Positions 17,803-28,551 are shown, counted from the stretch's first letter. The stretch: 64,000 bases of DNA from Candidatus Acetothermia bacterium (GCA_022683945.1 JAJHSH010000049.1:12681-76680); one strand, 5' to 3'. Notes: generated from the sequence alone by a model not told the origin. Numbers and translations are program-made.

Positions 17803-20800
17803 TCAACGGGGTGAGGTGTATGAGAGGATCTCTTGGTGGAGGGGGATTTGCAGAAAGCGCTGGCGCAGGGCGGGGTCGGTGATGAGAGCTGCTGTCTTTT
17901 GTACTTCTTCTTGGGCTTGGCGCAGGGCGTCTTGGGCTTCGGGGTGGCCGAGAGCTTTGAGAACGCGATAGTGCTGAAAGTGGGCTTGAAGGGCGAACTC
18001 TCCGCTCCATTTATGCTGAGTGAGGAATTGCATGGCTTCGGTGGCGGCTGTGAGAGCATCGGGCAACAGTTTTTGAATGGTTAAGAGCTTACTGAGCGCC
18101 ATCCAACATCGTGCAGTCATATACGGGATCTGTAGAGTTTGCGCAATCGCTAACGCTTGTTGAAGGTGCTTCAGGCTTTCTTCCAGTTTCTGCTGGTTAG
18201 TAAGCGTTTGCCCTAACTCTAATAGGCTTTCGCCTTCTTCGGATTTGGCGTTGAGCGCACGGGCGATCTCCAAAGATCGGTCAAGGCAAACCTGTGCTTG
18301 TAAGAAATCTTGCTGTTCACGATGGAGAATACCCTGCCAACGCAGCATCATCGCTTGACCAGCAAGGTCCTCTAGTTCAACAAAACAACGAAGTGCCTCT
18401 TTGCTCAAAGATTGAGCTTGGTCATATTGCCCTAGCAAGCGGTAGATCTGGGCGAGGTTGCAGAGACTAAATCCTAAGCCAAAGCGGTCGCCCATCTCGC
18501 GGTCAACGTGACAAGCCTGCTCAAGATAGTTCAACGCTTGCTGGTAATCTCCTAAGTAGCGTAGAACTGCACCGATGTTGTTCAGCACCACGCTGGCCTT
18601 TATCAAATCTTTCATATTTTGGTGGATTTGGAGTGCGATCTTATAATGGCTAAGGGCAGATTGGAAGTGTCCGAGCTTTGTAAGAACATTGGCGCAATTA
18701 GTCAATAGATACGCTTCGTGACCTAGATGTTTGGCGCTTCTGGCAAGATTGAGGGCCTGTTCGAGATGCTCTAAAGCTTGTTGATATTCCCCCATAAAGA
18801 AGTAGGTTAATCCTATCTCACTCAAACTGTCTTTGAGCATCTCACGCTCCTGCAGTTGCTGACTCAAGAGATAAGCATCTTGGGCGGACTGGAGAGATTC
18901 CAGATAGCGTCCTAAGCGTCTGTGGATGTGAGCTTGCCGAAGAAGTATCTTGGCTCGATCTCGCTCCTCGATGGTAAGCTGAAGCAACTGGTTTATATCA
19001 TTTTGAGCTACTTTAACCTGTCCAAGTTCGATTGCGAAGCCGATGCGTTGTAACATCAATTCCAGCTCTTTCTCTCTCCACTCACGTTCTGAAAGCCGTC
19101 CTTTGGTTTGTTCTATGATTGCCAGACCACGGGAGGCCAGTTCTAGTCCTTCCCTGTTTTGATAATGCTTATCGCACAAAGCGATGGTTTTGAACACCCA
19201 CTCCAGCGCTCTTTGCGGTTGCCCTCCCCGCTCATAATGCTCTGCCAGCCGCGCCGCTAAGCCCACTACCGTTGGCTCGGTATAGACACTCTCCAACGCC
19301 TGTGCCAGCCGCCGATGCAACCAGAGCTTTCGCGGCCCTTCTAGGGCTCTGTAGATGGCCTCGCGATATTTGTCGTGTGAGAATTCGTATCGCCCCTGAT
19401 GCTCGGTTAAGATTCCCTGAGCGATCAGGTCGTCTAAATGAGCAAAAAGCTCTTCCGATGTGCCCTCCCAAGCACACTCTAACACGTCTAACTCGATCTG
19501 CACGGCGCAGGCGATCAACTGGAGCAAGCGCTGCGCGGCTGGGCCGGCCCGCGCGACGCGATGTTCGATCAACTGCAACACTTGAGGCGGCAACTCCGTC
19601 TCAGCAGGAAGCTGAAGCCGCCACTGAGCGCCGTCGGGGATAAAGCACCCGTTCTCGAAGAGCGACTGCAAGATCGTCGAGAGAAAAAGCGGGTTGCCGG
19701 CGCTCTCGCGATGAAGTCGTTCTGCTGTATTAGTGGCATCAGTGACTCTCTCCAACTTGGTGTCCAAACGGGCGACCAATTCTTGAGTATCGGTTGCTGT
19801 TAAGCGTTTTAAGTCTATCTCTTCGAGCCATTGACGGCGCTGGGCGTGGTCTTTGAGCGTCACCCAGAGAGAGTCGTTCGTGCGTGCGCCCGAACGCACC
19901 GTAGCCAAGATCATCAGCGGGAGATCGGTCCATTTGTCCATCACATAGCAGAGCAGATCTATAGAATCTTCATCGGCCCACTGGAGGTCATCCAGCGCGA
20001 TCAGCAATGGGGCGCGTTGGCGGGCCAGTGCGCAGAGCATCTGAAAGAGCGTCTCGAAGAGCCGATAGGGACGATGCTCTGCCGGCAGAGAGACTTCTTG
20101 GGGCAGTTGTGGGATGACGTTGCACAGGGCAGGAAGGAGCTCAGCGCATTCGGCCAACCACGATCGGTGTAGATGCTCGAGCTTCTCAAGAGAGATTTGT
20201 GAGACCGCCGGTTGCAGTGCCTCCAGCCACGGATGCAACGGCAGGGGATTTTTCAGCTCAAGGCAGCGTCCTGTTAAGAAGAGCGCTTGAACTCTCTCCC
20301 GGGCTTCAGCGCAGAATTCTTCGCAGAGACGGGTCTTCCCCATCCCCGGTTCGCCGGAGACGAGCACCAGCACACCGTGCCCTTCTTGTGCTTTCTGTAG
20401 CGCAGAGCTCAACTGCTGCCATTCGCGGCGACGGCCGCAGAATGGCAGTCGGTGCAATTTCGGAGCGGGCGTGACCGACGGCTCAACAACGATGGGATAG
20501 CGGTCTTGGATCTCTGTAAACTCTCCACGCTGAAGCTGTCTGTAGATCTCTTCCGTCCGTGACGAGGGGTGCTCGCCCAACTCGCGCTCCAGAACTTCGC
20601 GACAACGAAGATAGGCCCGACGGGCTTCGGCGGGTTCTCCTGCACAATGTGCATAGACCATCCATTGACGATAGAGCTGCTCTTGTAACGGTGACTTCTC
20701 GATGGCGCGTCGGACGGTGTGCAGGGCTTCGCGATACCGTCCGCGTTGGGCCAGAGCGTCGGCGAGCTCGCTCAAGAGTTCGACATAGCGCTCGCGCCAG

Positions 20801-21285
20801 CGCTCTCGAAAGTGCAGAGCCCAGTCTTCATAACGATCGTCGGCCAGATACTCACCCCGATAGAGCGCAACGGCTTTTTCGTAGAGAGCGATCGCTTCTT
20901 CTAGCTGTTTCTCGCGCTGGGTGCGTCGACCTTGCTCTTCAAATCGAGTGAACTCTTCCGTGTCAATCCAACAGTCGGCCTCGGCGCGTAGCGCGTACCC
21001 GCCGCGCTGCGTCTCGATATAGTGAGACGCTTCTCTGTGCGCAAGCCCCGGTTCTAAAGTTCTGCGCAGTTCTGCCACGCGAGCCCGAAGATTAGATGCA
21101 GTGCTCTGGATATTCTTCTCTTCTTCCGGCCAGAGATATTCGATCAATTCGTCTACGGAGAAGACCCGTCCGCGCTCGCCAGCGAGAATCTTTAGGAGCG
21201 CTTGAGTCTTCGCGTTTCTCCAGATTAGAAGCTCTCCATTGCGCCGAACTTCGAACTTCCCAAAGAGAAAGATCTCCAACCTCAT
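17803..21285 (-). CDS. AfsR/SARP-family STAND regulator with an OmpR-type winged-helix DNA-binding domain, a BTAD domain, an NB-ARC ATPase and TPR repeats
   Basis: N-terminus MRLEIFLFGKFEVRRNGELL (OmpR/PhoB DNA-binding domain), a Walker A motif GEPGMGKTRL, and many TPR-like repeats in the C-terminal half. 1160 aa. Confidence 0.8.
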   Translation of the reverse strand: MRLEIFLFGKFEVRRNGELLIWRNAKTQALLKILAGERGRVFSVDELIEYLWPEEEKNIQSTASNLRARVAELRRTLEPGLAHREASHYIETQRGGYALRAEADCWIDTEEFTRFEEQGRRTQREKQLEEAIALYEKAVALYRGEYLADDRYEDWALHFRERWRERYVELLSELADALAQRGRYREALHTVRRAIEKSPLQEQLYRQWMVYAHCAGEPAEARRAYLRCREVLERELGEHPSSRTEEIYRQLQRGEFTEIQDRYPIVVEPSVTPAPKLHRLPFCGRRREWQQLSSALQKAQEGHGVLVLVSGEPGMGKTRLCEEFCAEARERVQALFLTGRCLELKNPLPLHPWLEALQPAVSQISLEKLEHLHRSWLAECAELLPALCNVIPQLPQEVSLPAEHRPYRLFETLFQMLCALARQRAPLLIALDDLQWADEDSIDLLCYVMDKWTDLPLMILATVRSGARTNDSLWVTLKDHAQRRQWLEEIDLKRLTATDTQELVARLDTKLERVTDATNTAERLHRESAGNPLFLSTILQSLFENGCFIPDGAQWRLQLPAETELPPQVLQLIEHRVARAGPAAQRLLQLIACAVQIELDVLECAWEGTSEELFAHLDDLIAQGILTEHQGRYEFSHDKYREAIYRALEGPRKLWLHRRLAQALESVYTEPTVVGLAARLAEHYERGGQPQRALEWVFKTIALCDKHYQNREGLELASRGLAIIEQTKGRLSEREWREKELELMLQRIGFAIELGQVKVAQNDINQLLQLTIEERDRAKILLRQAHIHRRLGRYLESLQSAQDAYLLSQQLQEREMLKDSLSEIGLTYFFMGEYQQALEHLEQALNLARSAKHLGHEAYLLTNCANVLTKLGHFQSALSHYKIALQIHQNMKDLIKASVVLNNIGAVLRYLGDYQQALNYLEQACHVDREMGDRFGLGFSLCNLAQIYRLLGQYDQAQSLSKEALRCFVELEDLAGQAMMLRWQGILHREQQDFLQAQVCLDRSLEIARALNAKSEEGESLLELGQTLTNQQKLEESLKHLQQALAIAQTLQIPYMTARCWMALSKLLTIQKLLPDALTAATEAMQFLTQHKWSGEFALQAHFQHYRVLKALGHPEAQDALRQAQEEVQKTAALITDPALRQRFLQIPLHQEILSYTSPR

Positions 21286-21366
21286 AGGAGCTCCACCTTG
21301 CTCCTGTTTGTTGTTTTTGTTTTTTGAGAATGTTCTATTGTAGCTTTTCGCGCGCGGGCCGACAAG

Positions 21367-22614
21367 CTATGCCAGTTCTTCCGGCACCGACTGCTGCGCC
21401 CACAGCTCCTCCGGCCGCTGACGACGACGAATCAAATAATCACGCCCCTTCCAGATCAGAACTTCAGCCGGCGTGGGATGACTCAAAAAATACGGCATAC
21501 TCTCGGTAAATCCGTAAGCCCCCATCTTCTCTATCACGACCAGATCCCCTACTTCAAGAAGATGGGGCAGCTCTACGTCTTTTGCCAAATAGTCCAACGC
21601 CGTGCACAACGGCCCCGCAATCGTCCATCTTTCAGCGCTCAAGGGGGCGAAGCGTGCTTCGCCTCTTCGAATATAGATCGCCCGCACCGGATGGCTCTGC
21701 CCCACCAAGACCGGACGCAACAGATGATGCACTCCCCCATCTACGATCACAAAGCGCACCCCGCGCGTCTCTTTCATATCCAATACGCGCGTCAGATAGA
21801 CCCCCGCCTCGGCCGTCAGATACCGTCCCGGCTCGACTAGAATTCTTGTCTCCATCTGGAGAGACGATATGCTCTCGGCCAACCCGCGCCCGAAGGCGGC
21901 TACGTCTAGCTCCCGCTCGCTCTGGCTATAGGGAACGCCCAACCCGCCGCCTATGTCTATATATCTCAGTGCAAAGCCCGTCTCGCGCGCGAGTGTGAGG
22001 GCCGTCGAGAGAATCGTCTCGGCGTTCTTCACTAGCGCTTCTGCGTCGAGCACATTGGACGCATTAAAAATATGAATCCCGATCAGCTCCAGATGAGAGA
22101 GCTCCTGCGCGAGACGGACGGCTTCGTGCGCCCGCACGAGATCTATCCCGAACTTCTGCGGAGCCGCACCGCCAATAATAACAGCCCCCTCGCCGGGGGC
22201 GAAGGGCACGTTCAGGCGCAGCCCAACACGAGCGCGCTTGTGCAACCTCTGTGCGATCTTTTGCAGGCGTTCCAGCTCGCCCTCGGACTCGACGTTGATC
22301 GAGAATATATCAGCTTTGAGAGCTGCTTCTAGCTCAGCGTCGGTCTTCCCCGGCCCGCTGAAGACGATCTTCTGAGGGGCAATCCCCGCTTTCAGCGCCG
22401 TCTGCAACTCCCCCAACGATGCGATATCCGCTCCCGCACCCAGCTTCCGAAAGACCGAAACAATTGCTAAGTTGGGGTTGCTCTTCATCGCGAAGAAGAT
22501 CTCGATCTGTGAAGGGAGCGCCGCGCGCAATTTCTGATACTGGCGCACGAAGAGGCTCCCGTCATAGAGATAGAGCGGGGTGCCGTATTTGTCCGCGAGC
22601 TGTTGGAGATCCAA
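21367..22614 (-). CDS. lysA: Diaminopimelate decarboxylase. Start uncertain: a TTG at 22614 sits just after the hicB-like stop; the ORF is open to 22737.
   Basis: LADKYGTPLYLYDGSLF ... FFAMKSNPNLAIV ... PLP-dependent fold-III decarboxylase. Confidence 0.85.
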   Translation of the reverse strand: MDLQQLADKYGTPLYLYDGSLFVRQYQKLRAALPSQIEIFFAMKSNPNLAIVSVFRKLGAGADIASLGELQTALKAGIAPQKIVFSGPGKTDAELEAALKADIFSINVESEGELERLQKIAQRLHKRARVGLRLNVPFAPGEGAVIIGGAAPQKFGIDLVRAHEAVRLAQELSHLELIGIHIFNASNVLDAEALVKNAETILSTALTLARETGFALRYIDIGGGLGVPYSQSERELDVAAFGRGLAESISSLQMETRILVEPGRYLTAEAGVYLTRVLDMKETRGVRFVIVDGGVHHLLRPVLVGQSHPVRAIYIRRGEARFAPLSAERWTIAGPLCTALDYLAKDVELPHLLEVGDLVVIEKMGAYGFTESMPYFLSHPTPAEVLIWKGRDYLIRRRQRPEELWAQQSVPEELA

Positions 22615-22615
22615 A

Positions 22616-22843
22616 TCAGACCTCCACAGGGATCGGCTCCAAAAGTCCTCCACCGTGAGGTATCTTCTTCCCAAGGAGCTGATAGGCCTGAACCATCTCG
22701 TGCAGGGCGTCGCGTAAAGCGCTACGGCATTCTTCAAGCGTGCGTCCTTCGGTGACGACTTCCGGCCATTCTATCAGTTGCCCCATATAGCCGGATTTGG
22801 TCTTGGTGTACTGAGCCGTGTAGTGCTGCAGTCTGGTGGCCAT
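22616..22843 (-). CDS. Orphan HicB-family antitoxin-like protein (UPF0150). Alternative upstream start at 22888.
   Basis: YTAQYTKTKSGYMGQLIEWPEVVTEGRTLEECRSALRDAL matches the HicB N-domain pattern. No HicA partner is present. Confidence 0.55.
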   Translation of the reverse strand: MATRLQHYTAQYTKTKSGYMGQLIEWPEVVTEGRTLEECRSALRDALHEMVQAYQLLGKKIPHGGGLLEPIPVEV

Positions 22844-22900
22844 AGGCATCTTCTCCTTGTAAGCTGATTTTAGCGTGTTGTTTCGCAAATGTCGAGCTTT

Positions 22901-23737
22901 CTATCGCAGGGCCTCCTCTAAAACGGTCACGGCGTCGGTCTTCTCGTCGCGATATTTGACGATAATCGGAGCGTAGAGCGCCAGCCCGTGTGCCTGCGCC
23001 AAGCTCCCAGAAAGAGAGCGCGCCCCGGGGACGACGACTGCACCCTCGGGGATCACCAACGGGCGCTCCCTCGTCGCTCGATAGATCTTCTGATGGACGA
23101 GATCATAGACGGGCACCGAAGCCGTCAAGATCACCCCCGCGCCGATCACCGCGCGGCGTTTTATGAGAGTCCCCTCGTAGATCCCGCTGTTGCCGCCGAT
23201 GAAGACGTCGTCTTCGATAATAACGGGCAGCGCCCCTACGGGTTCGAGCACACCTCCCAACTGCGCCGCCGCGCTGAGATGGACACGCCGGCCCACTTGG
23301 GCGCAGGAGCCGACTAAGGCGTGCGAATCTATCAGCGTTCCTTCGTCAATATACGCTCCAACGTTAATATAGGAAGGCGGCATGATCACGACTCCCGCTG
23401 CGACATACGCGCCGTCGCGAATCGCCGTCCCTCCGGGGACGACGCGCACGCGCTGCTCTAAAGTCAAGCTCTGCAACGGATATGTGTGCTTATCGAAGAA
23501 ACAAAACTGTTCGTTGAGCGAAAAATCTGTGAGTTTTCCCAAGCGAAAGCCCAATAAGATCCCGCGCTTGACCCAAGCGTTGACCTGCCAACCATTGTCA
23601 TTGTCCGTCTTCTCGGCGGCTCGCACGCTTCCCGTGTTGAGCAGGCGCTTGAATTCTTCGAAGATCGTCAGGGCTTCCGGCCCCAGCGCGTCGGGGGACA
23701 AGCGCGAAAGACGCTCGATCTCTTCTGCAATCTTCAT
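22901..23737 (-). CDS. dapD: Tetrahydrodipicolinate N-succinyltransferase. The ORF extends to 23851; the likely start is [10 protein letters not shown], which overlaps the dapA stop.
   Basis: Close match to E. coli-type DapD: [17 protein letters not shown] ... [28 protein letters not shown] hexapeptide repeats. Confidence 0.85.
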   Translation of the reverse strand: MKIAEEIERLSRLSPDALGPEALTIFEEFKRLLNTGSVRAAEKTDNDNGWQVNAWVKRGILLGFRLGKLTDFSLNEQFCFFDKHTYPLQSLTLEQRVRVVPGGTAIRDGAYVAAGVVIMPPSYINVGAYIDEGTLIDSHALVGSCAQVGRRVHLSAAAQLGGVLEPVGALPVIIEDDVFIGGNSGIYEGTLIKRRAVIGAGVILTASVPVYDLVHQKIYRATRERPLVIPEGAVVVPGARSLSGSLAQAHGLALYAPIIVKYRDEKTDAVTVLEEALR

Positions 23738-24621
23738 ATCAGCCTTGCTTCTTCCAAGATCTCGCGCAGCTTCTGACGATTCTCCTCGCTGATGGGAGTC
23801 AAGGGGAGTCTGTAGCGCTCTTGGATGAGGCCCATCATCGCCAGGGCGCACTTGACGGGAATCGGGTTTGATTCTATAAAGTTGGCGTTCATCAGTGGGA
23901 GATATTTGTAGTGAATTTCGCGCGCGGTGATAAAATCGCCCCGAAGAGCCGAGTCAGAGAGCGCTTTCATCGCTTGGGGGATCTGATTAGCTGCCACTGA
24001 GACGACGCCGTCGCCGCCACAGGCGATCAGCGCCAGCGCAAAAGCATCATCTCCCGAATAGACTCTGAAGTGATCGGGCTTGGCGCGCAAGAGCTCCATC
24101 ATCTGGGGCAGACTGGCGGATGCTTCTTTCATGGCGAAGATGTTTTCGATCTGAGCGAGTCTGAGTACGGTCTTTGTCTCTATGTTGGAGCCGGTCCGTC
24201 CGGGGACGTTGTAGAGCGTGATGGGAATATGAACCGCGTCGGCGATCGCTTTAAAATGCTGATAGAAGCCCTCTTGGGTCGGCTTGTTATAATAGGGACC
24301 TACAGAGAGAATGCCGTCCGCGCCGAGCTTCTCGGCTAACTTAGAGAGCTTGATCGCTTTGGCCGTGTCGTTGCTTCCTGCACCGACGATCACCGGGACG
24401 CGCCTCTTGACGGTCTCGACGACGGTGCCGACGACTTCTTCATATTCACTATCGTTCAGCGTCGGCGCTTCTCCCGTAGTACCGCAGGGGCTGATCGCGT
24501 CGGTGTCGTTTTCGATCTGAAATTCGACCAACTTTTTGAGCGCTCTTCGGTCAATTTTGTTCGCCGCGGTGAACGGCGTCACCAGCGCTACGATTGAGCC
24601 GCGTAACTCTCTTAGGTTCAT
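23734..24621 (-). CDS. dapA: 4-hydroxy-tetrahydrodipicolinate synthase
   Basis: [10 protein letters not shown] ... TTGE ... GSNDT ... YNVPGRTG ... with the K in AMKEAS as the Schiff-base lysine. Confidence 0.9.
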   Translation of the reverse strand: MNLRELRGSIVALVTPFTAANKIDRRALKKLVEFQIENDTDAISPCGTTGEAPTLNDSEYEEVVGTVVETVKRRVPVIVGAGSNDTAKAIKLSKLAEKLGADGILSVGPYYNKPTQEGFYQHFKAIADAVHIPITLYNVPGRTGSNIETKTVLRLAQIENIFAMKEASASLPQMMELLRAKPDHFRVYSGDDAFALALIACGGDGVVSVAANQIPQAMKALSDSALRGDFITAREIHYKYLPLMNANFIESNPIPVKCALAMMGLIQERYRLPLTPISEENRQKLREILEEARLI

Positions 24622-25370
24622 TGAGAATCCCTCCCGCCCAAGATTTCGTCGAGAAAGTCGTCCATCGTGAAGCAGCCCTTCTTATTCTTGTTGACAAGCC
24701 ATTCGGCGGCGGCGAGCGCGCCCAGCGCAAACCCCGAACGATTACGAGCCGTGTGCGTCAGTTCAAGCGAATCTGAGAGACTATCGAATCCGACGATATG
24801 CGTCCCCGGCACCGAGCCAACCCGCGTCGAAGAGATCTGTAACTGTTGCGGCGCGATCTTCGCCGTTGGGCGCTCTATCAACAATTCTCGCTTGCGCTCG
24901 ACAGTATTAAGAAGTAGCTTTCCCAGAGTGAGCGCCGTCCCGCTGGGGCTGTCGAGCTTCTGATGGTGATGGATCTCGTGTACCCAGAGATCATAATCTG
25001 AGAAGCGATTGAAGAGCCGGCCGGCGTGGACGACGATTCTGAAGAGGAGCTGGACGCCCAGCGAGAAATTGGGAGCATAGAGCAAGCCGATCTGAGAGTC
25101 GCGCACGAGCTTCTTGATCTGATCTAGGTGCTCGTACCAACCCGTTGTGCCTTCTAGAATATTCATATGAGCTTGAGCGGCAGCCCGGACGTTTTGGGGA
25201 ACGGCGGCGGGCACGGAAAAATCTATCAGTATATCCATGTCCGTCAGAGGGTCTCTCTCTCTTAGGGGTTGGGCTTCTGTGAAGATGCGAGCGATCTGGT
25301 GGCCCTTCTGGAGCGCTAGGCGCTCGACCTCTTGCCCCATCTTGCCGTGACCGATCAAGCCGATTCTCAT
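24618..25370 (-). CDS. dapB: 4-hydroxy-tetrahydrodipicolinate reductase
   Basis: MRIGLIGHGKMGQ ... EIHHHQKLDSPSGTAL, the DapB signature. Confidence 0.9.
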   Translation of the reverse strand: MRIGLIGHGKMGQEVERLALQKGHQIARIFTEAQPLRERDPLTDMDILIDFSVPAAVPQNVRAAAQAHMNILEGTTGWYEHLDQIKKLVRDSQIGLLYAPNFSLGVQLLFRIVVHAGRLFNRFSDYDLWVHEIHHHQKLDSPSGTALTLGKLLLNTVERKRELLIERPTAKIAPQQLQISSTRVGSVPGTHIVGFDSLSDSLELTHTARNRSGFALGALAAAEWLVNKNKKGCFTMDDFLDEILGGRDSQ

Positions 25371-26725
25371 GGCTCAAAGAACTCCCGATGTAATCTCTCT
25401 AGGACCGTAGGCACGTCGGCCTCACGGATGATAAAGCTGATATTGATCTCCGACGCCCCCTGCGAAATCATATTGATATTAATATCTCGGATCGCGCCGA
25501 AGGCCCGCGCGGCTATCCCCGGCGTGTATTTCATCCCTTCGCCCACCAGACAGATAATCGCTCTCTCGTGCTCGACTGTGACGGTCGAGAACTTCTGTAG
25601 TTCAGAGACTATTCTATCAAGACGACGCGTCTCGTCAATCGTGAGCGAGACGCTCACTTCAGAGGTAGCGAGCAGATCTACCGAAGTCTCGAACCTATCG
25701 AAGATTTCGAAGATCGCCTTGAGAAAGCCGTGGGCCAGCAGCATCCGCGTCGAATAGATGTTAATCACCGTAATGCCCTTCTTATAAGCGATGGCTTTCA
25801 GAGCCCCCGGAGTGGGGGACTCTCTCATGGTGATACGTGTCCCCGGCGACTTGGGGTTTTTCGTATTATAGACATAGACGGGGATGTTCTTGTCTACGGC
25901 GGGGAGAAGCGTGCTGGGGTGGAGCACCTTCGCGCCAAAGTACGCCAACTCGGAGGCTTCTTGAAACGTCACGCTCTCTAGCAGACGCGCCTGGGGGACG
26001 AGCTTGGGATCTGTAGTGAGAATCCCGTCGACGTCCGTCCAGATCTCGATGGCTTCGGCACCGAGCAGCGCGCCGATGATCGCCGCGGAGTAGTCAGAGC
26101 CGCCGCGCCCGAGGGTCGTCGTCACGCCTTGGGGTGTCGCGCCGATGAAGCCCTGCGTCACGGGGATGGCGTCGCGCTCCAGCAGCGGGAGCACGAGGGA
26201 GCGAGCACGGGGATCGGACAACTCCAGCGACGGAGTCGCTTTGGTGAAGCGATCGTCGGTGATGATAAATTGGCGCGCGTCCAGGAGCTGGGCGTCCAGA
26301 TTCTGTTCTTGCATAGCTGTTGTAAGAATGAGCGTGGAGAGGCGCTCGCCGTAAGAGACTATCGCATCGAGCGAACGAGGAGAAAGCTCTCCTAAGATTG
26401 CCAGCCCGTGTATGAATGTGCGCAGTTCGACGATATATTGGTCGAGCGACTCTTGGAGAGCGCGGCAGCGCGGCTCGGAGACGACCAATTGGGTTGCGGC
26501 TTGTCGGTGGCGCAGGGCGACGACCTCGGTGAGCAGTTTCTGGGCCTGGTGCTCTTGGCCTTCGCGGGCGAGCTGGGCAGATCTTATGAGAGTATCCGTG
26601 ATCTTGGCCATGGCCGAGGCGACGACGATGGGCTGGCGCGCGCGCTTGCTGCGCACGATCTCGATGACTTGTCGCATCGCTGCGGCATCTTCTACCGAGG
26701 TGCCGCCGAACTTCATCACGATCAT
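25367..26725 (-). CDS. lysC: Aspartate kinase
   Basis: MKFGGTSV ... amino-acid kinase fold and a C-terminal pair of ACT domains. Confidence 0.9.
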   Translation of the reverse strand: MIVMKFGGTSVEDAAAMRQVIEIVRSKRARQPIVVASAMAKITDTLIRSAQLAREGQEHQAQKLLTEVVALRHRQAATQLVVSEPRCRALQESLDQYIVELRTFIHGLAILGELSPRSLDAIVSYGERLSTLILTTAMQEQNLDAQLLDARQFIITDDRFTKATPSLELSDPRARSLVLPLLERDAIPVTQGFIGATPQGVTTTLGRGGSDYSAAIIGALLGAEAIEIWTDVDGILTTDPKLVPQARLLESVTFQEASELAYFGAKVLHPSTLLPAVDKNIPVYVYNTKNPKSPGTRITMRESPTPGALKAIAYKKGITVINIYSTRMLLAHGFLKAIFEIFDRFETSVDLLATSEVSVSLTIDETRRLDRIVSELQKFSTVTVEHERAIICLVGEGMKYTPGIAARAFGAIRDININMISQGASEINISFIIREADVPTVLERLHREFFEP

Positions 26726-26865
26726 GGCTGATCGCTCCTTGAGAGAGTCTGTCTATACAACCAAAAAGATCAAACTCTGTCAAGGGGACTAAGAATTTTG
26801 ACGGTGCCCCTTGCCATCGGATATGGTTAGCGTTACAATAAATTTTAAAGGAGGCTGGTTGACCT

Positions 26866-27762
26866 ATGTCTCCCAAAATTGGGAAGTGGTTCGTAGCGGT
26901 CGGTATGTTGGCCCTCGTCGTTGGGCTGGTCAGTGGGATTCCCCAAGCGCAAACGCCGACGTTCAAAGTCTGCTCGGACATCGCCTGGCCGCCGTTCGAG
27001 TGGGTGGATGCCAAAGGACAATTTGTGGGGTTCGATCTGGATGTGATGCGGATCATCGCCCTGCTGAAGGGTTATAGAGTAGAGATTCAAAATCTCGGGT
27101 TCGATTCGATCATTCCCGCGGTACAAGCCGGTCAGTGCGACATCGGCGCGTCGGGGTTCACCATCACCGATGAGCGCAAGAAAATCGTAGATTTCTCCGA
27201 TCCGTATTGGGAGTCCAACCAAGCGGTGCTCGTTCACACTGCCTCTGGTCTCAATATCATCACGGCCTTCAAAGCCGGCAACATCATCGGAGCACAGCGG
27301 GGCACAACCGGGGCAGACTGGGTGGAGCAGAACGTTATCAAACAGGGAATTAACGTCACGCTCAGACTCTATGAGACCTATCCCTTGGCAGAACAAGATC
27401 TGATCAATAGACGCATTCATGCCGTCGTCGAAGATGAACCGGCAGCAAAGGTCGCGGTCAAAGCGTCGAAAGGAGCGCTCAAGATCGCCGGGGTCATCAA
27501 TACCGAAGAGCTCTTTGGTTTCCTCGTGCAGAAGGGCGACCCCAAGAGATTGCTGGCCAGAATCAACGACGGCATGAAAGAGATGAGGCGAAAGGGCATC
27601 TGGAACAACTTGGTAGAAGCTTATTTCGGGGTGGACGTCAATCTCGACAGGGTAGCGCAGTGTTATGGCGATCTCAAGGGCTGGTTGGATAAGAACCAAC
27701 CCGAGGCCTATGCCGAGAATCTTGCGGCGTGCATGTCCGGGCAGGCTTACAAGAAGCCTTAG
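26866..27762 (+). CDS. Polar amino acid ABC transporter substrate-binding protein (family 3)
   Basis: Signal peptide followed by WPPFEWVD ... DIGASGFTITDERKK. Confidence 0.85.
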   Translation: MSPKIGKWFVAVGMLALVVGLVSGIPQAQTPTFKVCSDIAWPPFEWVDAKGQFVGFDLDVMRIIALLKGYRVEIQNLGFDSIIPAVQAGQCDIGASGFTITDERKKIVDFSDPYWESNQAVLVHTASGLNIITAFKAGNIIGAQRGTTGADWVEQNVIKQGINVTLRLYETYPLAEQDLINRRIHAVVEDEPAAKVAVKASKGALKIAGVINTEELFGFLVQKGDPKRLLARINDGMKEMRRKGIWNNLVEAYFGVDVNLDRVAQCYGDLKGWLDKNQPEAYAENLAACMSGQAYKKP

Positions 27763-27790
27763 CTCTCAAAGTTTATGCGTAAAGGGCAAA

Positions 27791-27820
27791 GAGGGTGTGC
27801 GAGAGAGCGCACCCTCTTTT
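27791..27820 (+). terminator. Intrinsic terminator/attenuator between the SBP gene and the permease gene
   Basis: 10-bp stem gagggtgtgc/gcgcaccctc, loop gagaga, followed by tttt. Confidence 0.7.
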
Positions 27821-27858
27821 TCTCTCTCTCAAAGCGCTCTGGAGAGGGTGTGTAACTG

Positions 27859-28551
27859 TTGGAGAGACTAGATCTGATCTGGCAGAGCCTCCCGCTGCTT
27901 TGGGAGGGCGCGCGCGTCACGGTGACGTTGACGATCTGCTTGTTGGGAGTGGGGCTTTTGTTGGGAGTGCCTGTGGCTTTGGGGCAGGTCTATGGGCCGC
28001 GCCCTTTAGTGATATTGATCTCAGGCTATGAGCGCTTCTTTCGCGCTATGCCCATCTTAGTCTTGTTGATGGTTTTCTTTTACGGACTGGCGTTTTTAGG
28101 GGTGAGCTTGCCGGCGTTCGGCACGGCGGTGTTGGTTTTTGGGCTGCACTCGTCGGCCTATCAGTCGCAGATCTTTCGCGGGGCGATTCAAGCGATTAAA
28201 GAGGGCCAGCTGCTGGCTGCACGGGCTCTGGGGATGTCTCGCCTTCAGGCGATTCGTTATATAGTCCTGCCCCAAGCCCTGCGCTTGGCGCTCCCCGCGT
28301 GGTCGAACGAATATTCGGGAGTCTTGAAGGACACATCGTTTGTTTTTGCTATCGGCGTGACGGAGCTGACTCGTCAGGGCTGGCAGATCATGCAGCGCAC
28401 CCGCGAGGTCTTTCTGATCTTTATCGCTGTCGCGTTGATCTATTTGGTCTTGACGTATTTGGGGACTTGGCTGCTCGAGCTCTTAGAGCGGCGCTTCGGT
28501 ATCCCCGGTTTGGCGGGGCAGCGCCGGGAGGAGCATGGTCGTGTCGTCTAA
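27859..28551 (+). CDS. Amino acid ABC transporter permease
   Basis: HisM/GlnP-type permease with the EAA-like loop [20 protein letters not shown]. Confidence 0.85.
   Translation: MERLDLIWQSLPLLWEGARVTVTLTICLLGVGLLLGVPVALGQVYGPRPLVILISGYERFFRAMPILVLLMVFFYGLAFLGVSLPAFGTAVLVFGLHSSAYQSQIFRGAIQAIKEGQLLAARALGMSRLQAIRYIVLPQALRLALPAWSNEYSGVLKDTSFVFAIGVTELTRQGWQIMQRTREVFLIFIAVALIYLVLTYLGTWLLELLERRFGIPGLAGQRREEHGRVV

Noticed and set aside
17564-18059. Pro/Arg-rich ORFs overlapping the purC start and the SARP gene end
   Set aside because: These are alternate-frame artefacts of GC-rich DNA; purC and the SARP regulator account for the region.
26726-26865. Possible lysine (L-box) riboswitch upstream of lysC
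   Set aside because: The divergent intergenic region is only about 140 bp and is shared with the SBP gene promoter. That is too short for a ~180-nt L-box, and no conserved L-box motifs were recognisable.
26094-27056. 320-aa minus-strand ORF spanning the lysC/SBP-gene junction
   Set aside because: The Arg/Pro/Ala-rich low-complexity translation is typical of an antisense frame in high-GC DNA. It is fully explained by lysC and the SBP gene on the opposite strand or frame.
26845-27699. 284-aa minus-strand ORF antisense to the ABC substrate-binding protein gene
   Set aside because: It has no start context or motif, and the sense-strand SBP gene has clear homology. It is a spurious antisense ORF.
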